64,000 bases of DNA from contig JAZRDB010000007.1 of NCBI GenBank assembly GCA_045660045.1, forward strand, positions 5,180 through 69,179, read 5' to 3'. The notes under the pieces are model-generated. The model ran no database searches, was not told the DNA's origin, and worked only from the letters and a program-made list of their open reading frames with translations. A program made the position numbers and the translations under genes. Below are positions 9,432 through 19,486 of the stretch, piece by piece (the stretch's first letter is position 1; each line of letters begins with the position of its first letter). This DNA comes from Alphaproteobacteria bacterium. GTDB taxonomy: Bacteria > Pseudomonadota > Alphaproteobacteria > CAAHEQ01 > UBA3637.

Positions 9432-10880
9432 ATGTACACGATTGAAGGAAAAACAGGCAAGTGGGAATTAGTTATTGGATTGGAAGTCCACTGTGAGATT
9501 TTATCCAAATCCAAAGTCTTTTCGGGCGCCAGCGCGGCTTTTGGCGGAGAACAAAATACACAGGTGTCTTTTATTGACGCCGCTTTCCCTGGTATGTTGC
9601 CAAAAGTCAATGAATATTGTATCGAACAATGTGTAAAAACGGGTATGGGCTTAAATGCTCAAATCAACAAATACTCTCGTTTTGATCGCAAAAACTATTT
9701 CTATGCGGACTTGCCACAGGGGTATCAGATTTCTCAATTATATCATCCGATTGTTGGTGAAGGCTTTATTGAAGTCACCACCGCCGATGGCACACGCAAG
9801 ATTGGGGTGGAACGGTTGCATTTGGAGCAGGATGCGGGCAAATCCATCCACGATATGCACCCTAGCAAGACTTTGATTGACCTGAACCGTTCGGGTGTAG
9901 GCTTAATGGAAATTGTGTCTAAACCCGATATGCACAGCCCCGAGGAAGCAGGCGAATATTTGCGCCAACTTCGCGCGATCGTGCGTGCTTTGGGCACCTG
10001 TGATGGCAACATGGATGAAGGTTCTATGCGTTGCGACGTGAATATTTCTGTGCGTCCTGTGGGTGAAACAGGACTTCGTGCCAGAGCGGAAGTTAAAAAC
10101 GTGAACTCTGTGCGTTTTGTGATGCATGCCATTGAGGTGGAAGCCGAACGCCAAATTGAAGTTTATGAAAATGGTGGCACAATTCGTCAGGAAACACGCC
10201 TTTATGATTCCGAAAATGGCGAAACACGCCCTATGCGAACAAAAGAAAATGCCAATGATTACAGATACTTCCCAGATCCAGACTTATTGCCTGTGGTCTT
10301 GACGGACGAGTATATTGAAAACATTCGCAAGAATCTGCCTGAATTACCGGAAGTCAAGAAAAAACGTTATATCGAACAGTTGGGACTGCCCGAATATGAC
10401 GCCGGCATTTTAACCGCAGACAACGAAACTTCCGCTTATTTTGAGGCGGCGGCCAAAGAGCATGATGCCAAGAAAGTGGCCAACTGGGTCATGGGTGATT
10501 TATTTGCTTATTTGAACAAGGAATGCCTGCCGATTACCAAAAGTCCTATCTCTGCTGAAAATTTGGGTGCATTAGTTGGTTTAATTGAAGACAACACGAT
10601 TTCTGGCAAAATTGCCAAAGATGTGTTTGTGTTTATGATCGAGTCTGGTAAAGATCCTGCCGCCATCGTGGAAGAAAAAGGCCTGAAACAAACGACCGAT
10701 ACAGGCGCCATTGAAGCCATCATAGATGAAGTGTTGGCCGCAAATCCCGATAAAGTTGCCGAAATCAAAGCTGGTAAAGACAAATTAAAAGGGTGGTTTG
10801 TCGGTCAAATTATGAAGGCCAGTCAAGGCAAGGTCAATCCTGCTATGGCGAATGAACTGTTGGAAAAGAAATTACAATAA
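9432..10880 (+). CDS. gatB: Glutamyl/aspartyl-tRNA amidotransferase subunit B
   Basis: 482 aa containing [17 protein letters not shown] and the C-terminal GatB/YqeY region. It starts 3 nt after gatA. Confidence 0.95.
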   Translation: MYTIEGKTGKWELVIGLEVHCEILSKSKVFSGASAAFGGEQNTQVSFIDAAFPGMLPKVNEYCIEQCVKTGMGLNAQINKYSRFDRKNYFYADLPQGYQISQLYHPIVGEGFIEVTTADGTRKIGVERLHLEQDAGKSIHDMHPSKTLIDLNRSGVGLMEIVSKPDMHSPEEAGEYLRQLRAIVRALGTCDGNMDEGSMRCDVNISVRPVGETGLRARAEVKNVNSVRFVMHAIEVEAERQIEVYENGGTIRQETRLYDSENGETRPMRTKENANDYRYFPDPDLLPVVLTDEYIENIRKNLPELPEVKKKRYIEQLGLPEYDAGILTADNETSAYFEAAAKEHDAKKVANWVMGDLFAYLNKECLPITKSPISAENLGALVGLIEDNTISGKIAKDVFVFMIESGKDPAAIVEEKGLKQTTDTGAIEAIIDEVLAANPDKVAEIKAGKDKLKGWFVGQIMKASQGKVNPAMANELLEKKLQ

Positions 10881-10893
10881 TAAGAGGTGAAAA

Positions 10894-11397
10894 ATGAATC
10901 AAATGATAAACATATTCAAACAAGCTCGTGAAAAAGAGGATGTAACCTTTTTTGATGCAAGGCAAAAAGCCACCGCTTTGGTCCGCGCGCCGCTTTCTTT
11001 TGATCAACGTAAAGAAGGGTGGTTAAATGTTTTCGGACGCGAAAACCCTAACACTGGCAAAAAAGAAACAACTGATGATTTTTGGATTGAACGCAGTGCC
11101 AATGATACGACAGCTTTGTTTTTGTGTTTTTCAAACGGATTAAAAATTGAAGATAGAGATCACACTGTTTCCTTTGGTGCCTATGTCAGCAAGGCAACCG
11201 TTGACCAACCGAGAGCCGTTCAAGCTGTGCGGATGGCCGCAAATCATTTATATCGCCGCGGAGACCGTTTAGAGATTGGCAGCAACTATACTGGTTCTGG
11301 TCCTTATATGCAAGCCTTTGAAAAAGCTTCCTTGGAAGCTCGGAAAATAATTACTCAAGAACAGTTAAAAAAGATAGCAGAGGCCACGAAAGAATAA
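10894..11397 (+). CDS. Hypothetical protein (167 aa) co-oriented with gatCAB
   Basis: GAGGTG SD. No motif that I recognise. Terminator immediately downstream. Confidence 0.6.
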   Translation: MNQMINIFKQAREKEDVTFFDARQKATALVRAPLSFDQRKEGWLNVFGRENPNTGKKETTDDFWIERSANDTTALFLCFSNGLKIEDRDHTVSFGAYVSKATVDQPRAVQAVRMAANHLYRRGDRLEIGSNYTGSGPYMQAFEKASLEARKIITQEQLKKIAEATKE

Positions 11398-11400
11398 CAA

Positions 11401-11426
11401 AAAGCTCGTCCATTTGGGCGAGCTTT
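11401..11426. terminator. Bidirectional intrinsic terminator
   Basis: AAAGCTCGTCC-ATTT-GGGCGAGCTTT hairpin of 11 bp including one G-U pair. T-rich tracts follow on both strands. Confidence 0.65.
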
Positions 11427-11446
11427 CTCTTACTCGGGGTTTTAAA

Positions 11447-11647
11447 TTATTTTTTCATCTTCATGCCCGCATAGGCAAAAATACACCATAGAGCTGATAC
11501 GCCTACAAGATCATAAACTATCATGGCTAAAAAGCTGCCCATTCCAAACAAAAAGGCAACCAAATCAAAATTAAAAAAGCCCACTAATCCCCAGTTCAAT
11601 GCACCAATAATCACCAAGGCACATGCAATTTTATTCACTATTTCCAT
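11447..11647 (-). CDS. DUF378-family small membrane protein
   Basis: Start refined to ATG 11647 (AGGAGG SD). The 66-aa product contains IIGALNWGLVGFFNFDLVAFLFG, the DUF378 pattern. Confidence 0.7.
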   Translation of the reverse strand: MEIVNKIACALVIIGALNWGLVGFFNFDLVAFLFGMGSFLAMIVYDLVGVSALWCIFAYAGMKMKK

Positions 11648-11759
11648 TTGTTCCTCCTTTTTTTGAACAAGGTTCATTTGGGCGCACCTTCTTCGTTTGT
11701 CAATATATACAAAAAACCGGAGCGCTGAGGCCCCGGCTTTTGTTTTTGTACTTCTCGAA

Positions 11760-11951
11760 TTATTTCCGACCAAGATAGCCCAAAATGGCTAATACTGCGG
11801 AAATACCGATTAAGTCATATGTTACCTTTGTGGCCAATGTACCGGCGCCAAACATTTTGACAACCAAGTCCATTCCAAACATGCCAACAAAACCCCAGTT
11901 CAATGCACCAAACAAAACCAGGATACTTGCAATTAACGCGACTAATCTCAT
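11760..11951 (-). CDS. DUF378-family small membrane protein (tandem paralog)
   Basis: 63 aa containing LFGALNWGFVGMFGMDLVVKMFG. AAGGAG SD. Confidence 0.7.
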   Translation of the reverse strand: MRLVALIASILVLFGALNWGFVGMFGMDLVVKMFGAGTLATKVTYDLIGISAVLAILGYLGRK

Positions 11952-11972
11952 GTTATTCTCCTTTCTTTAATG

Positions 11973-13244
11973 TTAAAATTTATACTGAACCTGCACACCC
12001 AAAATATGGGATTGCATATTTTTGTACTTAGCATGAACAGGCTTTATATTAAGCTCAGGAATACCCTTGTCTTCCGTGGCACGAGACGTTCTTGCTATCA
12101 TGTGAGCATAACCCACATCAAATTGCCAGTTATTCTTCATATAGCTGGCACCCACACTCATCCACCAACGGTCATTGTCTGGAATACGAATGGTACGACG
12201 ATCTGGTTTATGTGTTGGACTTTCATCCCAACCACCACCAAAACGGAAGGTCAAGTTTTTGCAGTAGTAATAATCTACACCTGCCGACAAAGTCCATGTG
12301 TTTTGATAACGATAATACGTCGTCTTTTTGTTTCCTGGCAAAGCGTTGCTACGAATTACAAAATCTGGGAAGGAAGATGTCCAGTGTGTCCAACGCGCTG
12401 TGCCCGAGAAACCAACGTCTTTGTAACGATGATAAGCTGAAAACGTAAATGTTTCCGGCAAATCAGGGTTTGCACGAACAGTGTACATACCATTATGCAA
12501 AAATGGCATCGCTATGTCCAGATTGTTATCTGAAACCTTCAATTTCCCTTTTGCCCGCTGAGCAGAACGCAAACGCCAAGATAACCCAAAGCGTGTATTT
12601 TTGTCCACTTCATACATGGCGCCAAAGGCCGCTGTTTGTGTCCATCCATGAACATTAAAGTTCACAAAGCCACCACCAACATTTCCATACGGGCTTTGAA
12701 CAGTTGGAGCCATCTGTGTCATGCGGCCATAGATGTAACGCAAAATACCACTTACACCCAAAGACAAATGATCTGTCACTTTATAGGCTGCAGACAAGTT
12801 AAAATCCACGATGTCCAACTTGGATAAAATTGCGGCTTCGTTTCCATACCAATTTTTATCGTATTGGGTTTTTAAACCAAATGGGGCATAAATACCTATA
12901 CCGACCTTAAAACGATCGTTGACATTATATTGTGCAAAACCTGCTGGCACTGGTTGCCAAAAGTTCATCTTTTTATGCTTACCGGCATGTTGTCCCATAC
13001 CATCCACATCTGCACGCAAATTAATAAAATTAAAGGTTTGTTGAACGCCCGATTTTTCCATCAAGGTCATTCCGGCTGGGTTATAAGCAATGGCAGAATA
13101 GTCATCCCCCACAACACCTTGACCAGCATAGGAACGTCCCAAACCTGTCACGGAATAATCGTTCAATTGATAGCTTCCTGCGTGGGCAGAACAAACACCA
13201 AGGGTGGCTCCCAGCAATAAGGCCATTTTTGTTAGTTTTGTCAT
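11973..13244 (-). CDS. Outer-membrane transporter, FadL/OmpP1/TodX family
   Basis: Start refined to ATG 13244. Signal peptide MTKLTKMALLLGATLGVCSAHA, then GSYQLNDYSVTGLGRSYAGQG...AIAYNPAGM (FadL N-terminal motif). The protein ends in a terminal Phe. Confidence 0.8.
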   Translation of the reverse strand: MTKLTKMALLLGATLGVCSAHAGSYQLNDYSVTGLGRSYAGQGVVGDDYSAIAYNPAGMTLMEKSGVQQTFNFINLRADVDGMGQHAGKHKKMNFWQPVPAGFAQYNVNDRFKVGIGIYAPFGLKTQYDKNWYGNEAAILSKLDIVDFNLSAAYKVTDHLSLGVSGILRYIYGRMTQMAPTVQSPYGNVGGGFVNFNVHGWTQTAAFGAMYEVDKNTRFGLSWRLRSAQRAKGKLKVSDNNLDIAMPFLHNGMYTVRANPDLPETFTFSAYHRYKDVGFSGTARWTHWTSSFPDFVIRSNALPGNKKTTYYRYQNTWTLSAGVDYYYCKNLTFRFGGGWDESPTHKPDRRTIRIPDNDRWWMSVGASYMKNNWQFDVGYAHMIARTSRATEDKGIPELNIKPVHAKYKNMQSHILGVQVQYKF

Positions 13245-13335
13245 TTTTATTCCTTTTGTTAAAAAGTTTACAAAAGGCATTATACCCCGTGCTTCACAAA
13301 AATGCAATAAAAATGTCAAAAAAACGTCATAAATA

Positions 13336-13572
13336 TTATTTTATTTCTTCGTATTCAACATCAATTATTTGATTTTCTTGATTTTTTTGATGATGAACTC
13401 TGTGTATTTTTTCTTTTTTATCGGGCACAAATCCGCTGATTAAAGAAATGATTGCGGACAACAACATAAAGAACAAAACAATGGGCAGTACAACATAAAT
13501 TCCAACCCAAAAGATTGAAATCAAAATTACAGCAAAAACAACCATGCTGATTAATAATGTTAGAATGCTCAT
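13336..13572 (-). CDS. Small hypothetical membrane protein (78 aa)
   Basis: Two hydrophobic helices followed by a charged tail. The start overlaps the mutS stop by 4 nt, consistent with translational coupling. Confidence 0.5.
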   Translation of the reverse strand: MSILTLLISMVVFAVILISIFWVGIYVVLPIVLFFMLLSAIISLISGFVPDKKEKIHRVHHQKNQENQIIDVEYEEIK

Positions 13573-16151
13573 TCTTCTGTCTCCTTTTTCAAATCATATA
13601 ACAATGACAACGCCTCCCGCGGAGATAATGCATCTACATCCAATTCTTTCAGATGTTTTGACACTTTCGATTCTGTCATATGTTGATATGTAGGAGCGGA
13701 TGTAGCAGAAAACAAGGGTAAATCGTCAAAAAGTGGTTTTTGTGCCTTCTTTTTTTCTTCTAATTCGCCAAGAATCGTTTCGGCACGAGCCACAACTTCA
13801 CTTGGCAATCCCGCCAATTTAGCCACATGAATACCGTATGAACGCGCCACCGCGCCTTCTGTCACTTCGTGCAAAAACACGACGTCCCCTTGCCATTCTT
13901 TTGTTTTCATTGTATGTAAAGAGAGATTCTTTAAGCGTCCGGTAAGTCCTGTTAATTCGTGATAATGCGTGGCAAACAAAGCACGTGCTCGCACTTTATC
14001 ATGTAAATATTCCACCACCGCCCAAGCAATTGAAAGGCCATCATAGGTTGCCGTCCCACGTCCAACCTCATCTAAAATAACCAGTGATCGTGCTGTGGCA
14101 TTATTCAAAATAGTTGCCACTTCTACCATTTCCACCATAAACGTGGATCGTCCACGCGCCAAATCATCACTGGCACCAACGCGCGAAAACACTTTATCTA
14201 CAATACCAATCACCGCTGATTCTGCTGGCACATAAGAACCCATTTGTGCTAAAATAACAATCAACGCATTTTGTCTTAAATAAGTACTTTTACCCGCCAT
14301 ATTGGGTCCTGTTAAAAGCCACAAATTATCTTTATCCGTCATTACACAATCGTTCGGAATAAAGGCCACGTTGTCCTTTTTTAACGCTGATTCTACAACA
14401 GGATGCCGCCCCCCAATAATATTTAAATCTGTGCTTTCGTTCAACACGGGGCGTGTCCAATGATTTTCCAATGCTAAATCAGCCAGAGCTGAGGCCACAT
14501 CCAACTCAGCCAACGCACCGGCCGCCATTAAAATGGGTTCTGCTTCGGCTAAAATTTCTTGTCTTAATTGTTCATACAATTCCAATTCTAGCGCCAATTT
14601 TTTGTCTTCTGCATGCAGGATTTTATCGGCTTCTTCCGCTAACTCTGTTGTTGTAAAGCGCACCACATTCGTCATCGTTTGACGATGAATAAAATCAGGA
14701 TTATTAAACAACACCTCTGATTGTTTGGCGGGCACTTCCACATAATATCCCACCAAGTTATTAAAGGAAACTTTCAGGTTTTGAATGCCTGTTTGTTGCA
14801 CATATTTGTATTGTAAATCCATCAGAAATTTCTTGGATCCAGCACGCATGTTTTCAAATTCGTCCAAAGTCGCACTGGCGCCGGCTTTAATAAACCCACC
14901 ATCACGCGCAAACAGTGGCGCATCATCACGAATAAAGCGCTTAATCCTGTCACACAATTCACTATGAACACCAAGCCTATGGGCCGTTTCTTGTAAGGAA
15001 GCCGGTAATTCTTCGGTCATCAGGTTTCTTAAAGAGGGTATTTTATCTAAACTGTGAGCCACAGCTAACATGTCACGTGGACCACCACGATTAGAGGCCA
15101 GCCGGCTGAAACATCTTTCAACATCCGCTACTTCTTTTAAAACAACGCGCACATTGTCTTTGATAATGGAATTGTCCACAAAATAATTTATTTTATCCAA
15201 TCTGGCGTTGATTTCGTCTATTTGAACCAACGGTGAAGACAAATAGGAAAGCAACAATCGTGCACCCGCACCAGTCATTGCGCGATCAATCGTATTTAAT
15301 AAACTTTTCGCACCTCTCTCGTCGGACAATGTTGAGGTAAGTTCCAAGCTACGACGCGTTGCCCCATCAATGCTCATATACTTTTTTTCTACAAACTGTT
15401 GTGGTTCCGCCAGAGACGGCATCCCCTTCAATTGTGTTTCTTTTAAATAATTGATAACCACGCCCGCCGCAATTTGCTCTGACTTAGAAAAAGATGGATA
15501 TTTGCTCATAACCTCCACTTGATTGATGGAAGAAAATTCATCTTTAGGCCGCATGGTTTGCAAACCAAAAGAATCGTCCAAAGAGATGGGATAATTAGCC
15601 ATATCCTCTGGCACAAGTAATTCGGATGCCTCCAGACGACTTAAAACGGAAGGAACGTGGGCAAAACTTACCTCCTCCACAAAAAAATCCCCCGTAGAAA
15701 TATCAACCCAAGCAATGCCACAACCAGCAGCCATCGGTGCCAACGCCACAAGATAGTTATGTGTTTTGGCGTTCAACAAAGCGTCCTCGGTTAATGTCCC
15801 CGCCGTCACAACTCGAATCACTTCACGTTTCATTACCGCTGTTGAACCGCGTTTTTTGGCTTCCTCAGGCGTTTCCATTTGTTCACAAATAGCAACCTTA
15901 AACCCCGCCTTGATCAAACGAACGAGATAATTCTCATACGCATGAAACGGGATACCGCACATTGGCACTTCTTTATCTTCAAATTCGCCACGATGTGTCA
16001 AAACTAAATCAAGCGCGCGGGAAGCTTGTTTTGCGTCTTCAAAAAACAGCTCATAAAAATCGCCCAACCGGAAAAACAAAAGGCAGTCCGGGTATTCTTT
16101 CTTGATCTCAAAATATTGAGCAAGCATTGGCGATGTTTTCTTTTTTGCCAT
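13569..16151 (-). CDS. mutS: DNA mismatch repair protein MutS
   Basis: 860 aa with N-terminal TPMLAQYFEIK, Walker A GPNMAGKSTYLRQ, and STFMVEM. Confidence 0.95.
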   Translation of the reverse strand: MAKKKTSPMLAQYFEIKKEYPDCLLFFRLGDFYELFFEDAKQASRALDLVLTHRGEFEDKEVPMCGIPFHAYENYLVRLIKAGFKVAICEQMETPEEAKKRGSTAVMKREVIRVVTAGTLTEDALLNAKTHNYLVALAPMAAGCGIAWVDISTGDFFVEEVSFAHVPSVLSRLEASELLVPEDMANYPISLDDSFGLQTMRPKDEFSSINQVEVMSKYPSFSKSEQIAAGVVINYLKETQLKGMPSLAEPQQFVEKKYMSIDGATRRSLELTSTLSDERGAKSLLNTIDRAMTGAGARLLLSYLSSPLVQIDEINARLDKINYFVDNSIIKDNVRVVLKEVADVERCFSRLASNRGGPRDMLAVAHSLDKIPSLRNLMTEELPASLQETAHRLGVHSELCDRIKRFIRDDAPLFARDGGFIKAGASATLDEFENMRAGSKKFLMDLQYKYVQQTGIQNLKVSFNNLVGYYVEVPAKQSEVLFNNPDFIHRQTMTNVVRFTTTELAEEADKILHAEDKKLALELELYEQLRQEILAEAEPILMAAGALAELDVASALADLALENHWTRPVLNESTDLNIIGGRHPVVESALKKDNVAFIPNDCVMTDKDNLWLLTGPNMAGKSTYLRQNALIVILAQMGSYVPAESAVIGIVDKVFSRVGASDDLARGRSTFMVEMVEVATILNNATARSLVILDEVGRGTATYDGLSIAWAVVEYLHDKVRARALFATHYHELTGLTGRLKNLSLHTMKTKEWQGDVVFLHEVTEGAVARSYGIHVAKLAGLPSEVVARAETILGELEEKKKAQKPLFDDLPLFSATSAPTYQHMTESKVSKHLKELDVDALSPREALSLLYDLKKETEE

Positions 16152-16194
16152 TTTTATCCTTTCTTTTTTTCTTGATTTCTATTATACTAAATTT

Positions 16195-17571
16195 ATGAAA
16201 AAAAAGAAAGCATTAAATGTCCATATGCGCGTTTTAAAAACGATCGCCCGCGTTTTAATTATAAACATCCCTGCGGTCATTATTTTGTTGTGTTTATTGG
16301 TAGCAAATCAATTGTCCTGGATTTCCGCTGGTATCGCTTTGTTGGCCTTTTGGGGGATCAGTGGCATTATCGTCTTTTATGTCTTTAAAGATTTAGACGA
16401 TTTTATGAATTATTTAAGAAAACTGGCTCAAGGTTTCGAACCCGAATTGCCAAAGCTTCATTGGGGTATTTTTTCATCCGCACGCCTTACAAAAACATTT
16501 TTAAGCGTTAAAAATTTATGGTCAAACCAATTTGCTTCCGCCGAAAGTGTATTGGAAAACCTGCCCAATCCAATGTTGATGATTGATGAAAATCAAAAAA
16601 TTGTTTTTACCAATTTTAGTGCTAAAAATCTTTTAGGAAACAAGCTTTTGGGCAGAAAATTATCCTCACTTTTTAATGATGCTCTTTTATTGGATACTGT
16701 TAAAAGTGTCATTACAAAAGCACAAACATCCAAAACCATCGCTGAGTTTGATATTAAAAATAAAACGGAACAAATTCAAACTTTTCAGGTAAAAGTCGAT
16801 CATTTGCCTGTTCCCACAAAAGATGGGGCCATTGTTGTGCTTTCATTTTTTGATATCACTCCATTTAAGTTATTTAAAGTACAGCAGGCCGACTTTTTTG
16901 CCAACGCCAGTCACGAACTGAAAACACCTTTGGCCATTATTAATGGGAGTGTTGAAACATTACAAGGTCCCGCTAAAAATGACGCTGCTGCTCATGATAA
17001 ATTCTTACCCTTAATCGCCGAACAAACCGTTCGAATGACTGATTTAGTCCAAAAGATGTTACAATTATCTAGACTTCAAATGGACGTACCATTAAACCGT
17101 AAAAATTCATTTTCTTTAAATGATTTAGTCCAAAAGGTCGTCAATGATTTTGACGTGCGTGCAAAGGCAATGCATAAGAAAATTATTTTAAATAAACAAG
17201 CCCATTTACCTTTGTTCCGTGCGGATCGTAATGATTTATACCATGTGTTTCAAAACCTTGTCGACAACGCTTTAAAATATAGCGCGCCAAAATCTGATAT
17301 ACATATCAATACATACTTGGATACAACAGGAAAATCTGCATTAGTCGTCGCTATACATAACTCTGGTAATCCTATTTCGCCCGAACACTTGGATCGGATT
17401 TGGGACAAATTTTATCGTATTCATTCGTCTGGTACGCAGTCTGTTGAAGGCAGTGGTTTGGGGTTAGGCATTGTGCAAAATATCGTCCGAAAATATCAAG
17501 GACATGTTGATGTTGTTAGCACCGAAGAGGCGGGAACAACGTTTACAGTTTACTTGCCCGTCGCTCCATAA
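16195..17571 (+). CDS. Sensor histidine kinase, PhoR-like
   Basis: 458 aa with two N-terminal TM helices, a PAS-like middle region, the H-box DFFANASHELKTPL and the G-box GSGLGLGIV. Confidence 0.8.
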   Translation: MKKKKALNVHMRVLKTIARVLIINIPAVIILLCLLVANQLSWISAGIALLAFWGISGIIVFYVFKDLDDFMNYLRKLAQGFEPELPKLHWGIFSSARLTKTFLSVKNLWSNQFASAESVLENLPNPMLMIDENQKIVFTNFSAKNLLGNKLLGRKLSSLFNDALLLDTVKSVITKAQTSKTIAEFDIKNKTEQIQTFQVKVDHLPVPTKDGAIVVLSFFDITPFKLFKVQQADFFANASHELKTPLAIINGSVETLQGPAKNDAAAHDKFLPLIAEQTVRMTDLVQKMLQLSRLQMDVPLNRKNSFSLNDLVQKVVNDFDVRAKAMHKKIILNKQAHLPLFRADRNDLYHVFQNLVDNALKYSAPKSDIHINTYLDTTGKSALVVAIHNSGNPISPEHLDRIWDKFYRIHSSGTQSVEGSGLGLGIVQNIVRKYQGHVDVVSTEEAGTTFTVYLPVAP

Positions 17572-17870
17572 CAAAACATTTCTTTTAAGATACGATTAAG
17601 TTCATTTTGTAGGCTTTCGGGCAACGCACCTATACGATTTATCAAATCAGACTTTGGAACTGCATGTAACATATCGGGCGCAATCTGGCCTTGTTTTCCC
17701 CGCATTTTAACCCCTAACCGAAAAGGTAAATTTCTTTCCGCTGTGGTAATTGGAGCAATCAAAACATATGGCATCGTTTCAGCCATCTCATCTGGCGACA
17801 AAACAACACAGGGTTTTTCAATACCGTGTGATTCGCATAAATATACATCTCCGCGCTTTACCATTCCCAT
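17550..17870 (-). CDS. mazF: MazF/PemK-family toxin (mRNA interferase)
   Basis: 106 aa containing KRGDVYL...KPCVVLSPDE...VLIAPITT...LPF, the PemK pattern. The 3' end overlaps the kinase gene's 3' end by 22 nt (convergent). Confidence 0.8.
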   Translation of the reverse strand: MGMVKRGDVYLCESHGIEKPCVVLSPDEMAETMPYVLIAPITTAERNLPFRLGVKMRGKQGQIAPDMLHAVPKSDLINRIGALPESLQNELNRILKEMFCYGATGK

Positions 17871-18076
17871 TCTCCTAAATATCTTAAAGGTTTCGAATTA
17901 ATTTCATCTTTAATGGCCTCTTGCCATCCTTGACGAGGTTGTTTTTCGGCAGATAAAACAACGCTTTTTCCTTTTACTGTCAGGTCTAAATCCGATGAAA
18001 ATTCACACGCATCGATTACGGCTTTTGGTAAGCGCACACCATACGAATTGCCTATTTTAACTAACTTTACTTGCAT
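17858..18076 (-). CDS. mazE: MazE/AbrB-type antitoxin
   Basis: 72 aa. MQVKLVKIGNSYGVRLPKAVID is a SpoVT/AbrB swapped-hairpin motif. The gene overlaps mazF by 13 nt. Confidence 0.8.
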   Translation of the reverse strand: MQVKLVKIGNSYGVRLPKAVIDACEFSSDLDLTVKGKSVVLSAEKQPRQGWQEAIKDEINSKPLRYLGEWEW

Positions 18077-19340
18077 GTTTATCTCCCTTGAATAATGTTG
18101 CTAAAACCATATAAAGGCGCCCAGGATCAGAGCCCACCAAAACACCCAACCACGGACTGTCCTCCAGCCCACGGGTTAAATCTTCAAATGTATTCATATA
18201 AGCACTGATATTCTCTTGAAATTTTGGATCCAACAAGGCTACATCCAGCACTTTTTGACGCTTTGCTTGATTTAACATCGCTTTTATATGCCGCATAAAA
18301 ACAGTCTTGTCGCCCGCATAATATTGATTCCAAAGTTCTTCCTCATTTTTGGGTTCAAAAACCGACATCATCTCAACAGAAAGTCCTTGTAATTTATCCA
18401 AAATTTGTTGCATCCGTTCGGTAAATTCTTTTGCAGAAAATGCGGCAGACATTTCTGGCAAACGGACAACATCTTCTTTTCTCGCTTGTTTTAACGCTTT
18501 CAGACGCATATCCAAAGTGGTTCCAATTTCTTTAAATCTTAGCAAAACTTTATCTGTATCCGCCAAAAAACCTTGCATCACATCCGTTGTTTTCATTGCT
18601 TTTTCAATGCGTTGTGTGTTTTCAGACAATGTGCCAATCCATTGGCTTGATTTATCCAGCGTGTTTCCTATGCTTTTTTCGGCCTGTGCCACAGCGTGTA
18701 CATTTTGGGTAATTTCCTCGGTTTGAGTTTTTAATTGTTTGGATGTGTTTTCTAAACGTGCTTGAGCTTCTTCCGTCACTTTGACCAAAATATCCGCCTG
18801 TGCCACCAAATTTTGCCCAGCTTTTGCAGATTGTTCGTGCGCGGTTGTGGCGGCCAAACCTAATTGTTGTACATAATTGGCCATGTTTTTTGTTTGCTCA
18901 TCCATATGTATAATGATTTTATTCAAATCTTCAATCCAATCTCCCAAATCCTCTCGCACTTGATTTGTTTGCTTTGTTACCTCTGTAAAAGAAGATCTAA
19001 ATGTTTGAATTTGTTGCTTTAAATCCGCATTCAATTCCTGAACACGTTTTGCCCCCAAATCAGAAGGATAAACCAACTCTTCCAAATACGCTTTTGCAGA
19101 CGCCATTTCCATTGAGGCTAATTGGTTTCTATCAATGTAGCTCCCCAATAGGTAAAAAACCGTTATGGGAAACAGCAAGGCGCCCAATTGTACCACCATT
19201 TCGGCCGGCGTTAAATCTGGCAGACGCCCTAACCAACCATATGTTGCAAATCCATAGATGGCAAAAATGCCCCACAAAACAGACAAGCCAATAAAAACAT
19301 AATGGCCCGTCCAAGCAATTTTTCCTTTTCTTTTCGTCAT
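18057..19340 (-). CDS. Hypothetical membrane-anchored coiled-coil protein (427 aa)
   Basis: Two N-terminal TM helices, then a long heptad-like Q/E/K-rich region. GGAGG SD. The 3' end overlaps the mazE start by 20 nt. Confidence 0.65.
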   Translation of the reverse strand: MTKRKGKIAWTGHYVFIGLSVLWGIFAIYGFATYGWLGRLPDLTPAEMVVQLGALLFPITVFYLLGSYIDRNQLASMEMASAKAYLEELVYPSDLGAKRVQELNADLKQQIQTFRSSFTEVTKQTNQVREDLGDWIEDLNKIIIHMDEQTKNMANYVQQLGLAATTAHEQSAKAGQNLVAQADILVKVTEEAQARLENTSKQLKTQTEEITQNVHAVAQAEKSIGNTLDKSSQWIGTLSENTQRIEKAMKTTDVMQGFLADTDKVLLRFKEIGTTLDMRLKALKQARKEDVVRLPEMSAAFSAKEFTERMQQILDKLQGLSVEMMSVFEPKNEEELWNQYYAGDKTVFMRHIKAMLNQAKRQKVLDVALLDPKFQENISAYMNTFEDLTRGLEDSPWLGVLVGSDPGRLYMVLATLFKGDKHASKVS

Positions 19341-19361
19341 TTATGAGCCTCCATTGCCTTT

Positions 19362-19390
19362 ATTCTAAAAGACTTTTGAACAAAAGTCAA
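19362..19390 (-). promoter_or_regulatory. sigma70-type promoter of the coiled-coil protein/mazEF operon
   Basis: On the minus strand: TTGACT (19390-19385), 17-nt spacer, TAGAAT (19367-19362). Confidence 0.5.
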
Positions 19391-19395
19391 GAAGA

Positions 19396-19486
19396 AATTA
19401 CTTTGTAATTACGTTCTTTTTTAATATTTTTTAAATTGTTTTATAACTTGTTGATTTTATTTTGTTTTTATATGTAATTACTTTGT
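19396..19486 (+). repeat. Two copies of the 11-mer AATTACTTTGT (19396-19406 and 19476-19486)
   Basis: The two copies are identical. They are embedded in partly palindromic contexts (ATTACTTTGTAAT and GTAATTAC) upstream of the 19362-19390 promoter. Confidence 0.7.

Noticed and set aside
9113-9610. Long antisense ORFs within gatA/gatB, infB (55182-55718), pnp (60405-61097), tsf (46338-46799 and 47821-48258) and similar genes.
   Set aside because: All are nested opposite well-supported conserved genes and have biased, non-protein-like translations. They are typical antisense shadows.
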